A stretch of DNA of 64,000 bases from a virus (lineage: Duplodnaviria > Caudoviricetes). Numbering within the stretch: the stretch's first letter is position 1; the number at the start of each line of letters is the position of its first letter. Positions 1-9,714 of this stretch are shown here, piece after piece. A program made the position numbers and the translations under genes. Under the pieces are notes generated by a model that saw nothing but the letters and a program-made list of their open reading frames with translations, was not told where the DNA came from and did no database searches. The DNA lies in the IMG/VR virus record IMGVR_UViG_2856626968_000003, positions 29,725 through 93,724 of that record, one strand, 5' to 3'.

Positions 1-1
1 C

Positions 2-370
2 ATCGACGTCGACACCACCGTGCACACCTCCAAGGTGACCCCGCGGACCAACCTCCGCGAGATCGCATCCTGGCGGCCATCCGGCGGCGGCACGGACCTG
101 TCCCTGCCCTTCGCCTACGCCCAGCGCGAGCGCCTCGAGGTCGACGGGTTCGTCGTCTTCACCGACAACGAGACCTGGGCCGGCCGTTCCCACCCCTCTC
201 AGGCCCTGACCACCTACCGCGGCTCGATCAACGCGGGCGCCCGCACGATCGTGGCGGCGATGACCGCGACCGGCCACAGCATCGGCGACCCGCACGACGA
301 CGGCGTGCTCAACATCGCCGGGATGGACGCCTCGCTGCCCTTGGTGGTGAACGGCTTCATCCGCGGATAG
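2..370 (+). CDS. TROVE/Ro60 (Rsr-like) RNA-binding protein, C-terminal vWA part, 5'-truncated by the window edge
   Basis: GGGTDLSLPF, FVVFTDNETWAG..HPSQAL..YR and SIGDP.D.GVLNIAGMD match the Ro60/TROVE C-terminal vWA domain; the frame is open from position 2. Confidence 0.88.
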   Translation: MDVDTTVHTSKVTPRTNLREIASWRPSGGGTDLSLPFAYAQRERLEVDGFVVFTDNETWAGRSHPSQALTTYRGSINAGARTIVAAMTATGHSIGDPHDDGVLNIAGMDASLPLVVNGFIRG

Positions 371-502
371 GCTCGCCCGCAGACTCCCACTCAGGGACGA
401 CGCTCAGGGATGGGTAGACCAGCCCCGGCCCGTGGCCGCCGCGCTGGCCGGTCGCCACAACCGGGAAGTGGCTCCCTGTCGTCCCGCCCACAAAAGGTAG
501 AC

Positions 503-532
503 CCCGGCGCCGAACCACGGCTGGGCGCCGGG
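503..532 (-). terminator. GC hairpin, probable terminator between the convergent TROVE and XRE genes
   Basis: CCCGGCGCC (503-511) pairs with GGCGCCGGG (524-532); on the minus strand it is followed shortly by a T run (AAAA at 492-495 on +). Confidence 0.45.
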
Positions 533-543
533 CATACCCATCG

Positions 544-1938
544 TTAAGATGCCCGCTCCAGGACCTTCACCAGCTCCTGTACCCCGGACATGCGCGGCCG
601 CGAGACCACGAGGTCGCCAGCGATCCGCCGAATCGTCGGCCGATCCCTTACCTCGCTCGGCGCGTGCCTGTAGGCGGACAACAGCGCACCGGCGGTCTGC
701 TCCGGTTCGCCCTGCAACCACCACGCCACCGCGAGGTTGGTGTGCAGCCTGGCCCGACGCTCCGGTGTCGGGTACATCTCTTCCCGCAGAGGCCTCCCGG
801 CGTGCAGTGCCGCGCCAGGGTCGCCGAGAGCGGTGTGCAGGGTGATGTGGAAACTCTTGACGAAGGGCAAGGCTCCGGCGAGCCGTCTCGCCGCCCGTTC
901 AGCTTCCGCGATCTGCTCGAAGGCCCGTTCCCGGTCGCCGCCACTGCACGTCGCGTACGCGGCTGCACACATCAGCCGCACGTACACGTCCGCCTCGCGG
1001 GCCGTGCGCAACCCGAGCGCGTCCAACCGGCCGGCGGCACGCATCAGGGTTTGCGCGGCGAGTTCGTTGCGTCCGAAGCCGCGGAGCATCATGCCCATGG
1101 CGCGAGCGGAGGCGGCCATCGCGACCGCGTCACCGGAACGCTGCGCGTAGATCACTCCCCGGTCTGCGGTGATCGTCGCGGAGTCCTTTTTGCCGACCTT
1201 GTTCAACACGTCCGTCGAAAGGTTGTAGCAGGAGGCCAGCACTGCCCACCCTTCCTGCGTGTCGGCCTTTTCCGCGCACGCCTTGGCCATGGCGAGCAGA
1301 CCGGGCAGCCCTGCCACAAGCGTGGGTAGGGCGCTCACGTCGTACTGGCGGCGCGCCTCCTGAAGCCGCTGGCGAACATCGGAGAGCCCTTCCGCCCGTT
1401 CGGGCTCGGCGGGCAGGGCGAGGGCGTCGTCGAACCGTTGAAGCAGGCTCCACGGGATGCTCAGCCCTGCCGCGGCGAGCAGTGTCCGTCGTCGCATCGG
1501 ATCGTCCCCCTCGATCTCGCGGTCCCGGGTCACTGTAGTCGCGCGGCGACGCCCGGCAGAGGGTCTGCGCGCGGGTGTCGCCCACGGGTTGGATGGGAGC
1601 CCCAACTCCTTGGGGGACACGCCGTAGACCTTGGCCAGCGCCGCGGCGTGTTCGTCGTTAGGCGTCACCTCGCCGTGCTCCCACCGGCACAACTGCGCCG
1701 AGTTCACCCCAGGCGCCGGCAGCCCCTCGGCTTCGTACAGCCGGGCGATCTCGGCGAGCACCTGGGGCCTGGACCAGCCGTTGGCCAGTCGGCGCACCTC
1801 CAACGGCAGCAGATCAGGAATCTCCCGGCGGATCGCCTCCGCCACCAGTGCGACGTCCTCACCGCGGCGTTGGCGAGCGATGCGGATCTCCTGGGCGCGG
1901 CGTTGCAACTCCGCGCGTCGTGCTCGGCTCATGGCCAT
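544..1938 (-). CDS. XRE-family HTH transcriptional regulator with a TPR-like helical C-terminus
   Basis: HTH segment RRLANGWSRPQV...SAQLCRWEHGEVTP; MRRRTLLAAAG linker typical of actinomycete XRE regulators; GGAGG RBS before the ATG at 1938. The ORF-track extension to 2439 overlaps the GT gene. Confidence 0.82.
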   Translation of the reverse strand: MAMSRARRAELQRRAQEIRIARQRRGEDVALVAEAIRREIPDLLPLEVRRLANGWSRPQVLAEIARLYEAEGLPAPGVNSAQLCRWEHGEVTPNDEHAAALAKVYGVSPKELGLPSNPWATPARRPSAGRRRATTVTRDREIEGDDPMRRRTLLAAAGLSIPWSLLQRFDDALALPAEPERAEGLSDVRQRLQEARRQYDVSALPTLVAGLPGLLAMAKACAEKADTQEGWAVLASCYNLSTDVLNKVGKKDSATITADRGVIYAQRSGDAVAMAASARAMGMMLRGFGRNELAAQTLMRAAGRLDALGLRTAREADVYVRLMCAAAYATCSGGDRERAFEQIAEAERAARRLAGALPFVKSFHITLHTALGDPGAALHAGRPLREEMYPTPERRARLHTNLAVAWWLQGEPEQTAGALLSAYRHAPSEVRDRPTIRRIAGDLVVSRPRMSGVQELVKVLERAS

Positions 1939-2106
1939 CGTGGACCTCCGGCGCGAACAACCCCTGTGCCGACAGTAGCGCCACCACCACCGCCCGCACA
2001 TTGCCGTGGGCGGCAATGTCGGTGCGCGTGGCATTGATGGCCGCCCGGTCACCCGCGACCGTATGCGCACAAGCAGCCGTACGACCACCCGAAAGGGGAA
2101 CCCATC

Positions 2107-3213
2107 GTGCACCGGATCGTGCTCACCTGGCTGTCCACCGCTCGCGGGGGCGCCGAGAAGTCCGTGGTCGAACTCGCCGACCATCTGGCCCGTTTCGGGC
2201 TCGGGGTCGACGTCATCTGGTGGCGTCAAGGCGGCCCGCCCTGCCCTGCGCCCGGCGACGGCGTCCGGGTCCTGGAGGCCTGCGACATCCACACCTACCG
2301 CCGACACCTGGCCACGGCGCTCGGTGACGGCGCGGGCGCCGTGCTGATCTCCACCCAGCGCACCGTGACGGTCGACCTGCTGCACCGCGGGGCCGCGCCG
2401 GTGCTGTCGGTGGTGCACGGCATCATCCAGCCCGACCACCCGCTGCGCGCCACCGACCCGGCGAGCGGAGAGCTGGTGGAGTACCCGCCGGACGCGTGGA
2501 TGAGCGCGGATCTGCGCGCGGTGGACTGCTGGGTCGGCATCAGCTCGGCCTCGGCCGCCTCGATCCGCGGCGTGCTGCCGGCGGCGCGGGTGGAGACCAT
2601 CTTCAACGGCGTCACCGTGCCCGAGCGTCTCCCGCAGCGGCCGCCGCGCGGCAGCGTGCTACGGGTCGCCGCGGTGGCGCGTGCGGTGCCCTGGAAGCGG
2701 CTGGAGGACATCATCCGCGCGGCTGCGCACCCCAGCCTCACCGGAGGGGTCCACCTGGACCTCTACGGCCAGGTCGATGCGTCCACGCTGGAGGCTCTGG
2801 CCTGCGAGCAGGGCCTATCGGCCACCTTCCACGGCTGGGTGGAGGACCTGCCGCACCGCCTGGCCGGCGCTGACATTCTGGTCGGCGCGGCCCTGGTGGA
2901 GGGGTTCGGCCGGTGCGCCATCGACGCCGCTGGGGTAGGTACCCCGGCCATCCTGCCGCGCGCCGGCGCGGGCCCGGAGGTGGTACTGGACGGGCTCACT
3001 GGCATCCTGTACGACCCGCACACCCCGGGCGCCCTGGTGGCCGCGCTGCGCCGCGCCGTGCAGGCCGATCCCGCCGAGCTGGATGCCATGGGCCGTGCCG
3101 CCCGTGCGCGGGCCCGCGCCTGGTTCAGCCCGCAGCGGTGCGCCGTCCAGTACCTGGACCTGGCCCACGAGCTGCTCGCCAGGCACCGGCACCTCACCGG
3201 GGCTGCCGCATGA
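2107..3213 (+). CDS. Glycosyltransferase family 4 (GT-B)
   Basis: GGAEK N-terminal motif, IFNGV, ARAVPWKR, EGFGRCAIDA, GGPEVV.DG.TG-like segment. Confidence 0.88.
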   Translation: MHRIVLTWLSTARGGAEKSVVELADHLARFGLGVDVIWWRQGGPPCPAPGDGVRVLEACDIHTYRRHLATALGDGAGAVLISTQRTVTVDLLHRGAAPVLSVVHGIIQPDHPLRATDPASGELVEYPPDAWMSADLRAVDCWVGISSASAASIRGVLPAARVETIFNGVTVPERLPQRPPRGSVLRVAAVARAVPWKRLEDIIRAAAHPSLTGGVHLDLYGQVDASTLEALACEQGLSATFHGWVEDLPHRLAGADILVGAALVEGFGRCAIDAAGVGTPAILPRAGAGPEVVLDGLTGILYDPHTPGALVAALRRAVQADPAELDAMGRAARARARAWFSPQRCAVQYLDLAHELLARHRHLTGAAA

Positions 3214-3956
3214 CCCGGGTGCCTGTGCTCGGTGACATCGTCCCGCTGGCAGACGACGCTCTCCTCGCGGCCTGGGGTGTGGCCCGCGCGCTGGAGCGGC
3301 GGCCTCTGGACCGTCTGGGGGACTTCGTCGGTGAGGCGTTCGCCGCTGCCCGTGCCGTCGTCCCCGGCCCTTTGGTGCACCCGACCGCCGTGATCTCCCC
3401 GCTGGCCAACATCGGCCCAGACGTGGTGATCGGACCGGGCTGCGTGGTGCACGAGTTCTCCACCGTCCGCGGGCACAGTGTCCTGTCGGCCGGTGTGCAC
3501 GTCGGCTTCGGCTGCGAGGTCACCAACGCGGTGATCGGCCGCGGTACCCGGCTCGCCCATCAGGTCTGCCTCGGCTACAGCGTCGTCGGCCAGGACGTCC
3601 ACTTCACCGCGGCGCTCACGGTGGCCTCCACCCACCTGTGGAACCCCGATATGGCCTGCCCCACCCGCCCGATCGTCATCCGCCTGACCGGTGGCGAGCT
3701 GTGCGTGACCGGGCTAGCGAAACTGGGCGCCCTCATCGGTGACCGGGCCCGTATCGGCATGCACGCCGCCCTGGGGCCCGGCCTGATCCTCGGCGCCGAC
3801 ACCGTGGTGTACCCCGGCGTGACGGCCGCCGCCACGAGCGTCCCTGCCGGGCACATCATCCGCCCCGCCTCCACCACCGTGGCGGTGCTCCCCCGCCACC
3901 AGCCCCTGACCTCCGCTCTGGCCTCGATCCCCTCCCAGGAAGGACCCCGACCATGA
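3210..3956 (+). CDS. Left-handed beta-helix (hexapeptide repeat) transferase resembling the GlmU C-terminal domain
   Basis: VHPTAVISPLANIGPDVVIGPGCVVHEFSTVRG hexapeptide repeats, KLGALIGD; ATGA overlaps with both neighbours. Confidence 0.78.
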   Translation: MTRVPVLGDIVPLADDALLAAWGVARALERRPLDRLGDFVGEAFAAARAVVPGPLVHPTAVISPLANIGPDVVIGPGCVVHEFSTVRGHSVLSAGVHVGFGCEVTNAVIGRGTRLAHQVCLGYSVVGQDVHFTAALTVASTHLWNPDMACPTRPIVIRLTGGELCVTGLAKLGALIGDRARIGMHAALGPGLILGADTVVYPGVTAAATSVPAGHIIRPASTTVAVLPRHQPLTSALASIPSQEGPRP

Positions 3957-4690
3957 AGTACACCGCGCAGCGCCACCAGCTCCTCCACCTGGCCGAGCAG
4001 CTCCAGCGCTGGGACCTGCTCAACCCCTCCGGTGGCGCGCTCAGCATGCGCCTGGACGACGGCAACATCCTCATGTCCACCGCCGGGTCGGCCTTCCACC
4101 GCTGGAACATCGGAGTACGCGACTTCATCGCCTTGACCCCCGGCGGACAGATCGTCGACCGCACCGGCGGGCTGGGCGCCGCGGCGACCACCACACACCT
4201 GGCCATCTACCGGCGTTTCCCCGCCGCCGGGGCCTGCCTGCACGCCCACACCCCCTACGCGCTGGCGTTCGCCTCGCTCGGCATCGCCGTACCGGCCGTC
4301 ACCAACCGGCTGGACATCCTCGGCGAGGTCCCGTGCCTGGCCGCCGACGACACCAGCGTCAAACGCGGCTTCATCGCCGACCCCGTGCCGCTGGACCTGC
4401 CCGAGGGCATGACACCGCGCGCCGAGGCGGCCGCGGTGAACCTTCTGCACATCGAACCCCAGATCGAACGGGTGTTGGGGGCGCGGGAGAGCGAGCTGGC
4501 CCACCACGGGCTGGCGTTCCTGCTCTACCGGCACGGGGTCTTCGTCTTCGCCCGCACCGGCGAGGAGGCGTTCGACAACCTCGCCCGCGTCGAGGAGGCC
4601 GCGCGCACCGCCCTGCTGCAGGCCGTGCTCGGCGGCGGCCGCGACGGCATCCACCTCAACCCGCTGTTCCCCGCCGCGCCGGCCGCCTGA
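3953..4690 (+). CDS. Class II aldolase/adducin family metalloprotein
   Basis: GGALSMR, HLAIYR, Zn-binding HAH, LLYRHGVF; the usual S-S-E acidic residue appears replaced (AATTTH). Confidence 0.85.
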   Translation: MKYTAQRHQLLHLAEQLQRWDLLNPSGGALSMRLDDGNILMSTAGSAFHRWNIGVRDFIALTPGGQIVDRTGGLGAAATTTHLAIYRRFPAAGACLHAHTPYALAFASLGIAVPAVTNRLDILGEVPCLAADDTSVKRGFIADPVPLDLPEGMTPRAEAAAVNLLHIEPQIERVLGARESELAHHGLAFLLYRHGVFVFARTGEEAFDNLARVEEAARTALLQAVLGGGRDGIHLNPLFPAAPAA

Positions 4691-4863
4691 ACCGCTATCC
4701 TCCGAAACTCCACCCGGTGGGGGCCGCACAGCATTCGTGCGGCCCCCACCGCCGTGTCTCCCTCGACCCCAGGCACACCGAGGTAAGACAGTGCGCTCCT
4801 GCACCCGCACACTCCGACGATGGAAGTGAGACACGCGTGAATCTCCAAGGCGGCCCCCAGGTC

Positions 4864-6186
4864 ATGTCCTCCGACCGCCACCGCTACGCCATCACGGGCC
4901 GCCGGCCCCTGTCCGGCGCGGTCGAGGTCGCCGGCGCCAAGAACGCCGTCACCAAACTGCTGGTCGCGACGCTGCTCACCGAGGACCCCTGCACCATCTC
5001 CGGCGTCCCCAAGATCGCCGAAGTCGGGATCGTGCTGGGCATGCTCGCCGACCTCGGCACCGGCATCGAATGGGTCGACGACCGCACCGTGCGCCTGACC
5101 ACCCGCCACATCGCCACCGCATCGCTGTCGGAGGCCTACTCCGGGGTCAACCGCATCCCCATCTTGATGATGGGACCGCTGCTGCACCGCGCCGGGGAGA
5201 CCACCATCCCGCTGCCCGGCGGGTGCCGCATCGGCAAACGCCCCATCGACTTCCACCTGGCCGGGCTGCGCGCCATGGGCGCACAGATCACCGAGCAGCC
5301 CCGCTCGGTGTCGGTCAAGGTCGCCGCCGACGGACTGCGCGCCGCGCACATCACCCTGCCCTACCCCTCGGTCGGCGCCACCGAGAACCTCCTGTTGTCG
5401 GCGGTCCTGGCCCGCGGCACCACGATCATCGACAACGCCGCCGTCGAACCGGAGATCATGGACCTGATCCTGATGCTCCAGCAGATGGGCGCCCTGGTGT
5501 CGGTCGAGGTCGACCGGCGCATCGTCATCGAAGGAGTACCACGCCTGCGCGGCGCGTCCCACCGGCCGCTGCCCGACCGGATCGAGGTCGCCTCCTTCGC
5601 CGCCGCCGCCGTCGCCACCGGCGGCCGGATCGAGGTCATCGGCGCCGTCCAGGAGCACGTGGCCACCTTCCTGAACTACCTGCGCAAAGTCGGCGGCGAG
5701 TTCGAGGTGACCAGCCGCGGCCTGGCGTTCTACCAGGCCCGGGAACTGACCCCCGTGCCCGTGCAGACCGACGTCCACCCCGGGTACATGACCGACTGGC
5801 AGCAACCCCTGGTCGTCCTGCTCACCCAGGCATCCGGCGCCTCGGTCATCCACGAGACGGTGTATGAGAACCGGTTCGGCTACGCCGAGCAGCTCAACGC
5901 GATGGGCGCCGGCATCGCCCTCAGCACCGCCTGCCTTGGCGGCAAGGCCTGCCGTTTCGCACTGCGGGACTTCCAGCACTCCGCCGTCGTCATAGGCCCC
6001 ACCCCGCTGCGCGCCGGCCCCTTGGAGATCCCGGACCTACGCGCCGGATTCGCCTACATCATGGCCGCGCTGATCGCTGACGGCACCAGCGTGATCACCG
6101 GCACCCGCTACCTCGAACGTGGATATGAGGATCCCGCCGGTAAACTCCGATCTGTCGGCGCGGCCATCGAGACCATCCCGGTATGA
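4864..6186 (+). CDS. murA: UDP-N-acetylglucosamine 1-carboxyvinyltransferase (enolpyruvyl transferase)
   Basis: GAKNA, LPGGCRIGKRPIDFH (active-site Cys), SVGATEN, NAAVEPE, PDRIE, TDWQQP, YENRF, DLRAG, RGYE; an alternative GTG start lies at 4837. Confidence 0.93.
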   Translation: MSSDRHRYAITGRRPLSGAVEVAGAKNAVTKLLVATLLTEDPCTISGVPKIAEVGIVLGMLADLGTGIEWVDDRTVRLTTRHIATASLSEAYSGVNRIPILMMGPLLHRAGETTIPLPGGCRIGKRPIDFHLAGLRAMGAQITEQPRSVSVKVAADGLRAAHITLPYPSVGATENLLLSAVLARGTTIIDNAAVEPEIMDLILMLQQMGALVSVEVDRRIVIEGVPRLRGASHRPLPDRIEVASFAAAAVATGGRIEVIGAVQEHVATFLNYLRKVGGEFEVTSRGLAFYQARELTPVPVQTDVHPGYMTDWQQPLVVLLTQASGASVIHETVYENRFGYAEQLNAMGAGIALSTACLGGKACRFALRDFQHSAVVIGPTPLRAGPLEIPDLRAGFAYIMAALIADGTSVITGTRYLERGYEDPAGKLRSVGAAIETIPV

Positions 6187-6193
6187 CCGCCGG

Positions 6194-6673
6194 TCACCCC
6201 GCCGGGTACCCGTCCTCCAGATAGCACGCGCCACCGGCCAGGCAGCGTAGAGACGCACGCACCCGCCGAGCCAACTCCGGCGGCAGCAGAACCTCGGCCT
6301 CCTCCGGCCCAGCGAACACGAACCGATCGAGCTCGCTGGGCTGAAGCCGAATCCCACCGGCCTCGCCCGCGGTGAGCACCCCGCCGTCGAAGACGAACAT
6401 CAGCCCGCCGTCCCACGGCGGCCGCGGCGGAACCCAGTCCACGCACAGCATGTCCCCCAACTGCGCAACGATGCCCAGCTCCTCCTTGACCTCCCGCACG
6501 CACGCGGCCCGAGGCGACTCTCCGGCCTCCAGCATGCCGCCCGGGATGTCCCAGCGGGGCTTGTAGGTCGGACGCACCAGGAGAACCCGACCCACCTCAT
6601 CACGGATGAGCGCGCCCGCAGCGGCACGCACGCGCACCAGGTCAGCGATGTACGACGGATCCGGGGTACCCAT
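6194..6673 (-). CDS. NUDIX hydrolase
   Basis: Nudix box PGGMLEAGESPRAACVREVKEELG. Confidence 0.93.
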   Translation of the reverse strand: MGTPDPSYIADLVRVRAAAGALIRDEVGRVLLVRPTYKPRWDIPGGMLEAGESPRAACVREVKEELGIVAQLGDMLCVDWVPPRPPWDGGLMFVFDGGVLTAGEAGGIRLQPSELDRFVFAGPEEAEVLLPPELARRVRASLRCLAGGACYLEDGYPAG

Positions 6674-6883
6674 GTGATCACCGTAGAGCCAGACCGGGGC
6701 GGCGCGTCACCGGCTCGCCACCAAGTCACCGCGAACGGCAGCCGCATCATCACCGGGCAACCAGTAGCCGCTGCCCATGGGGGCAGTCGCAGCTCGGGCC
6801 AACAACCGCCAGACAGGGTTCGTGCCAGGAGACCGGACCGGAACTGATCCAGCGACACTCCACAGCCGCGATTTCCTGGGACA

Positions 6884-7093
6884 ATGGTCGTAATGGAATC
6901 CCCACTCGCCCCGATCCTCGCCCACCCGCGGCTGCCCGTGCAGCTGTACCGCGGGTGCCGCCCCGGCGAGCTTCACCTCCTGGCGCTCGCCGTGCCCATC
7001 ACAGGCGACGATTGCGAAGATCTCGGCGCCTGGCTCGCCGAGCACGGCCGCGCGCTCACCCGCGCGCACCTCGCGCTGGCGGCCTCGGAATGA
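6884..7093 (+). CDS. Small hypothetical phage protein
   Basis: High GC3 ORF co-oriented with the phage genes. Confidence 0.45.
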   Translation: MVVMESPLAPILAHPRLPVQLYRGCRPGELHLLALAVPITGDDCEDLGAWLAEHGRALTRAHLALAASE

Positions 7094-7235
7094 CCGCCCT
7101 CCGCCGGCGACATCGCGCCCGCTGACCCTCCACATGGGTGCGGCTCCCCGCCGTCACACGAGGAGCCGCCCAACCCATCCGCCGCACGACAGCAAGATCA
7201 CGGTCTCCCAGCATGCTACCCGGGGGGAGACCAAC

Positions 7236-8150
7236 ATGCCTTATGACGTGCACAGCGACCCGAACGCCGACGACGGCCACTGGCGCACCGGAGACCTCGC
7301 CGAGTGCGCCCGCGGCGACCAATGCACCGCCCCCCGCCTCCTACCGGTCGCCGGCGGCACCGTGCGACTCGCGCCCGCCCTCGCTCCCCGCGCGTTCTGC
7401 GCCGCTGACGAAGCCGTCATCGCCACCGCGCTGGCCACCCTCCCCGCCCGCTGGCACGACGTCCACGCCGAGCTCGGCACCAAAGGCCGCGCCGCCGGGC
7501 CGAAGGTCGCCATCTCCAAGACCGCGCCGCTCCCGCTGTCCGAGACCGCCGACGAGCTGCTCCGCGACATCGTCACCATCCTCACCTCCTGGGAGGAACG
7601 CGTCGCCGCGGTGGCCCGCCTCGCCATCGATGCCACCGCCGCCCGCCGGCGCCGCGACCACGTCGCCGTCAAGGCCGCCGCCCGCACACTGACCGGCCAC
7701 CTCGCCGTGCTCCTGGCGCTGCCCGCCGAGCCCATGACCCGCATCATGTCCCTCGCCCACGCCGCGACCCTCCCGACCGGCACCACCGGAGTGGTCCGCG
7801 AAGCGGCCGGGTACGCCGAGGCCAACCTGGAGCTGTCCGGCGCCGACGCCGGCCTCGAGGTCCTGACGCTGCACCGCCGCTGCCGCCGCCTGCTCGGCGA
7901 AACCGCGCCGGCCCCGCGCCTGCTCGACGGCGTGGCGTGCAGGACCTGCGACTTCACCGAGCTCCGCGAGGTCCTCGACGACGACGGCGTCTTCGCCGGC
8001 GCCCGCTGCTACGAGTGCGGCGCCGAGTACACCACCACCAGCTACACCGAGCTCGTCGACGAGCGGAAGCGCGCCGCCGCGGAGGCGGGCTACCGGCGCC
8101 GCGGTGTCCACGGCGCCTCCAACGACGACGTGTCCGCGCGCCGGGCGTGA
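7236..8150 (+). CDS. Actinophage hypothetical protein with C-terminal Zn ribbon (CxxC...CxxC), possible late regulator
   Basis: CRTCD...CYECG; GGAG RBS before ATG 7236; typical position upstream of packaging genes. Confidence 0.65.
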   Translation: MPYDVHSDPNADDGHWRTGDLAECARGDQCTAPRLLPVAGGTVRLAPALAPRAFCAADEAVIATALATLPARWHDVHAELGTKGRAAGPKVAISKTAPLPLSETADELLRDIVTILTSWEERVAAVARLAIDATAARRRRDHVAVKAAARTLTGHLAVLLALPAEPMTRIMSLAHAATLPTGTTGVVREAAGYAEANLELSGADAGLEVLTLHRRCRRLLGETAPAPRLLDGVACRTCDFTELREVLDDDGVFAGARCYECGAEYTTTSYTELVDERKRAAAEAGYRRRGVHGASNDDVSARRA

Positions 8151-8261
8151 CCTGGGCTCGCCCCCAGTTGATCAACGGGTGTGCAGTGTGCAACACTTCC
8201 CGCAGCGGACAAGCTATGCCCTCCCACCACGTGGAGGGCATTTTGCGTTCGGGGGGTGCCC

Positions 8262-8534
8262 ATGCCCCCAGTCCTCGACGAGCCCCCAGAGCCGGTCACC
8301 GTGAAGATCGCAGCGCAGCGGCTCAGGAAACGTCCCGGCACCATCCGCTCGTGGGGCACCCGATACGGCGCCCGCAAGCTCGCCCAGCACGAACGCTGCA
8401 CGGTGTACGACTGGCACGACCTGAAGGTCATCGCCCGCCAGGTCGACCTCGGCGAGCCGGTCCCGCAGACCCCCGAGGAGCGTGACGAGCTGCGCGCGCA
8501 GCTGCGCGCCGCCCGCCAGTCCGCCCTCCCCTAG
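8262..8534 (+). CDS. Small HTH DNA-binding protein (MerR/Xis-like)
   Basis: VTVKIAAQRLRKRPGTIRSWGTRY...VYDWHDL pattern. Confidence 0.6.
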   Translation: MPPVLDEPPEPVTVKIAAQRLRKRPGTIRSWGTRYGARKLAQHERCTVYDWHDLKVIARQVDLGEPVPQTPEERDELRAQLRAARQSALP

Positions 8535-8689
8535 ACGGCGCGCCGCCCAGCCCCCGCGGTGACGCGCCTTCGCTGCGCCGGTCCATCCCCCCGGATCGCC
8601 GTGGCCCCACCCCGGTACGGCCCGGCTCGTTCTGCACTAGGGCCGCAGAGCGCCGGGCCGTACCACCCTCCCGGCCCTGGAGAACGCGC

Positions 8690-9022
8690 GTGGAAGACAA
8701 GCTCAACGACATCGAACGCGACAACCTGCGGAAGGTCATCAGCAGGCTCGTGGACATCATCCTGTGCGTAGCCGCCGTGGCGGCAGCTTGCACTGCGGCT
8801 GCGATCTGGTTCGGCGAGTGGCGCGTCGCTGGACTCGCGGCCCTGACGTGGCTCGGCGTCGTCGCGCTGTTCCTGCTGGCGTGTTACCTGGCCCATCCGG
8901 GCAGCGAGGCATCGCTGGCGAAGCACCTTCGAACCGCTGAGCGGGCGAAGAAGGCGAAGGAAGACCAGCGGCGGCGTCACGTTGAGACCCCGGAACGTGG
9001 CCTGTCTGGCACGCAGAGCTGA
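8690..9022 (+). CDS. Membrane protein with two predicted TM helices
   Basis: Two hydrophobic stretches; GGAG RBS. Confidence 0.5.
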   Translation: MEDKLNDIERDNLRKVISRLVDIILCVAAVAAACTAAAIWFGEWRVAGLAALTWLGVVALFLLACYLAHPGSEASLAKHLRTAERAKKAKEDQRRRHVETPERGLSGTQS

Positions 9023-9025
9023 CCG

Positions 9026-9220
9026 GTGGCCACGCGGTTGACCGCCCAAGCCGTCGGCGAGGTCGCCGAGTGGATCCGCCGGTGGCGCGGGCCGGACCTG
9101 CCGGTCACAGTCGACGCTGGGCCGACGATCGTGCTCCAGCAGCAGCACGGGCAGTTCATGGTGTTCGAGGCTGACGCCGTACGTCGGCTCGTCCTGGAAA
9201 GGAGGCCGATCGGTGGCTGA
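9026..9220 (+). CDS. Hypothetical protein
   Basis: Tightly packed in the operon and overlaps the next start. Confidence 0.45.
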   Translation: MATRLTAQAVGEVAEWIRRWRGPDLPVTVDAGPTIVLQQQHGQFMVFEADAVRRLVLERRPIGG

Positions 9221-9497
9221 GGAGATTGGCGCCATGCCCCGCCCAGTCGGGCCCGCCCTGGTCTACGTCTCCGAAGGCGTCGGCTGGACGGCCACTGTGA
9301 TCGACCGTGCCGACCTTACCGCCATGCCTCCCCGCGATCGCGCTCTCTGCCGGGCGCTGCTCAAGCACGCGCTCGGTGCCCTGGACGCCCTTGATGAGAC
9401 CCGGCCGCGCCTGGTGCTCGACAACTACTACGAGGTGCCGAACGGCAGCAGCGCTCGGACGGCCGAGGAACTCAACTTCCTCACCCAGCGACGCTAA
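9213..9497 (+). CDS. Hypothetical protein
   Basis: Strong AAAGGAGG RBS. Confidence 0.55.
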   Translation: MAEEIGAMPRPVGPALVYVSEGVGWTATVIDRADLTAMPPRDRALCRALLKHALGALDALDETRPRLVLDNYYEVPNGSSARTAEELNFLTQRR

Positions 9498-9513
9498 GAC
9501 CTGGGAGGTCACA

Positions 9514-9714
9514 GTGTTTCGCCGTGGTCTGGCCCGGCTGCTTCGCGCGGCCGCCGACGCGCTCCACCCCAACCCGCCCGTGGCGCACTACGACCTCACC
9601 GGCAGACGGATGGACCTCCTGATCATCGACGACCTACCCTCGCAGGACTTCGCTGCTGGCTGGCCTATCTTGGACCGCCTCTCCCGGCCGCCCGCCAAGG
9701 AGGAACCCCTGTGA
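9514..9714 (+). CDS. Hypothetical protein
   Basis: GGAGG RBS before the GTG; GTGA overlap with the next gene. Confidence 0.45.
   Translation: MFRRGLARLLRAAADALHPNPPVAHYDLTGRRMDLLIIDDLPSQDFAAGWPILDRLSRPPAKEEPL

Noticed and set aside
4864-6186. MurA as a fosfomycin-resistance allele
   Set aside because: It retains the active-site Cys (GGCRIG) rather than the Asp substitution associated with intrinsic resistance
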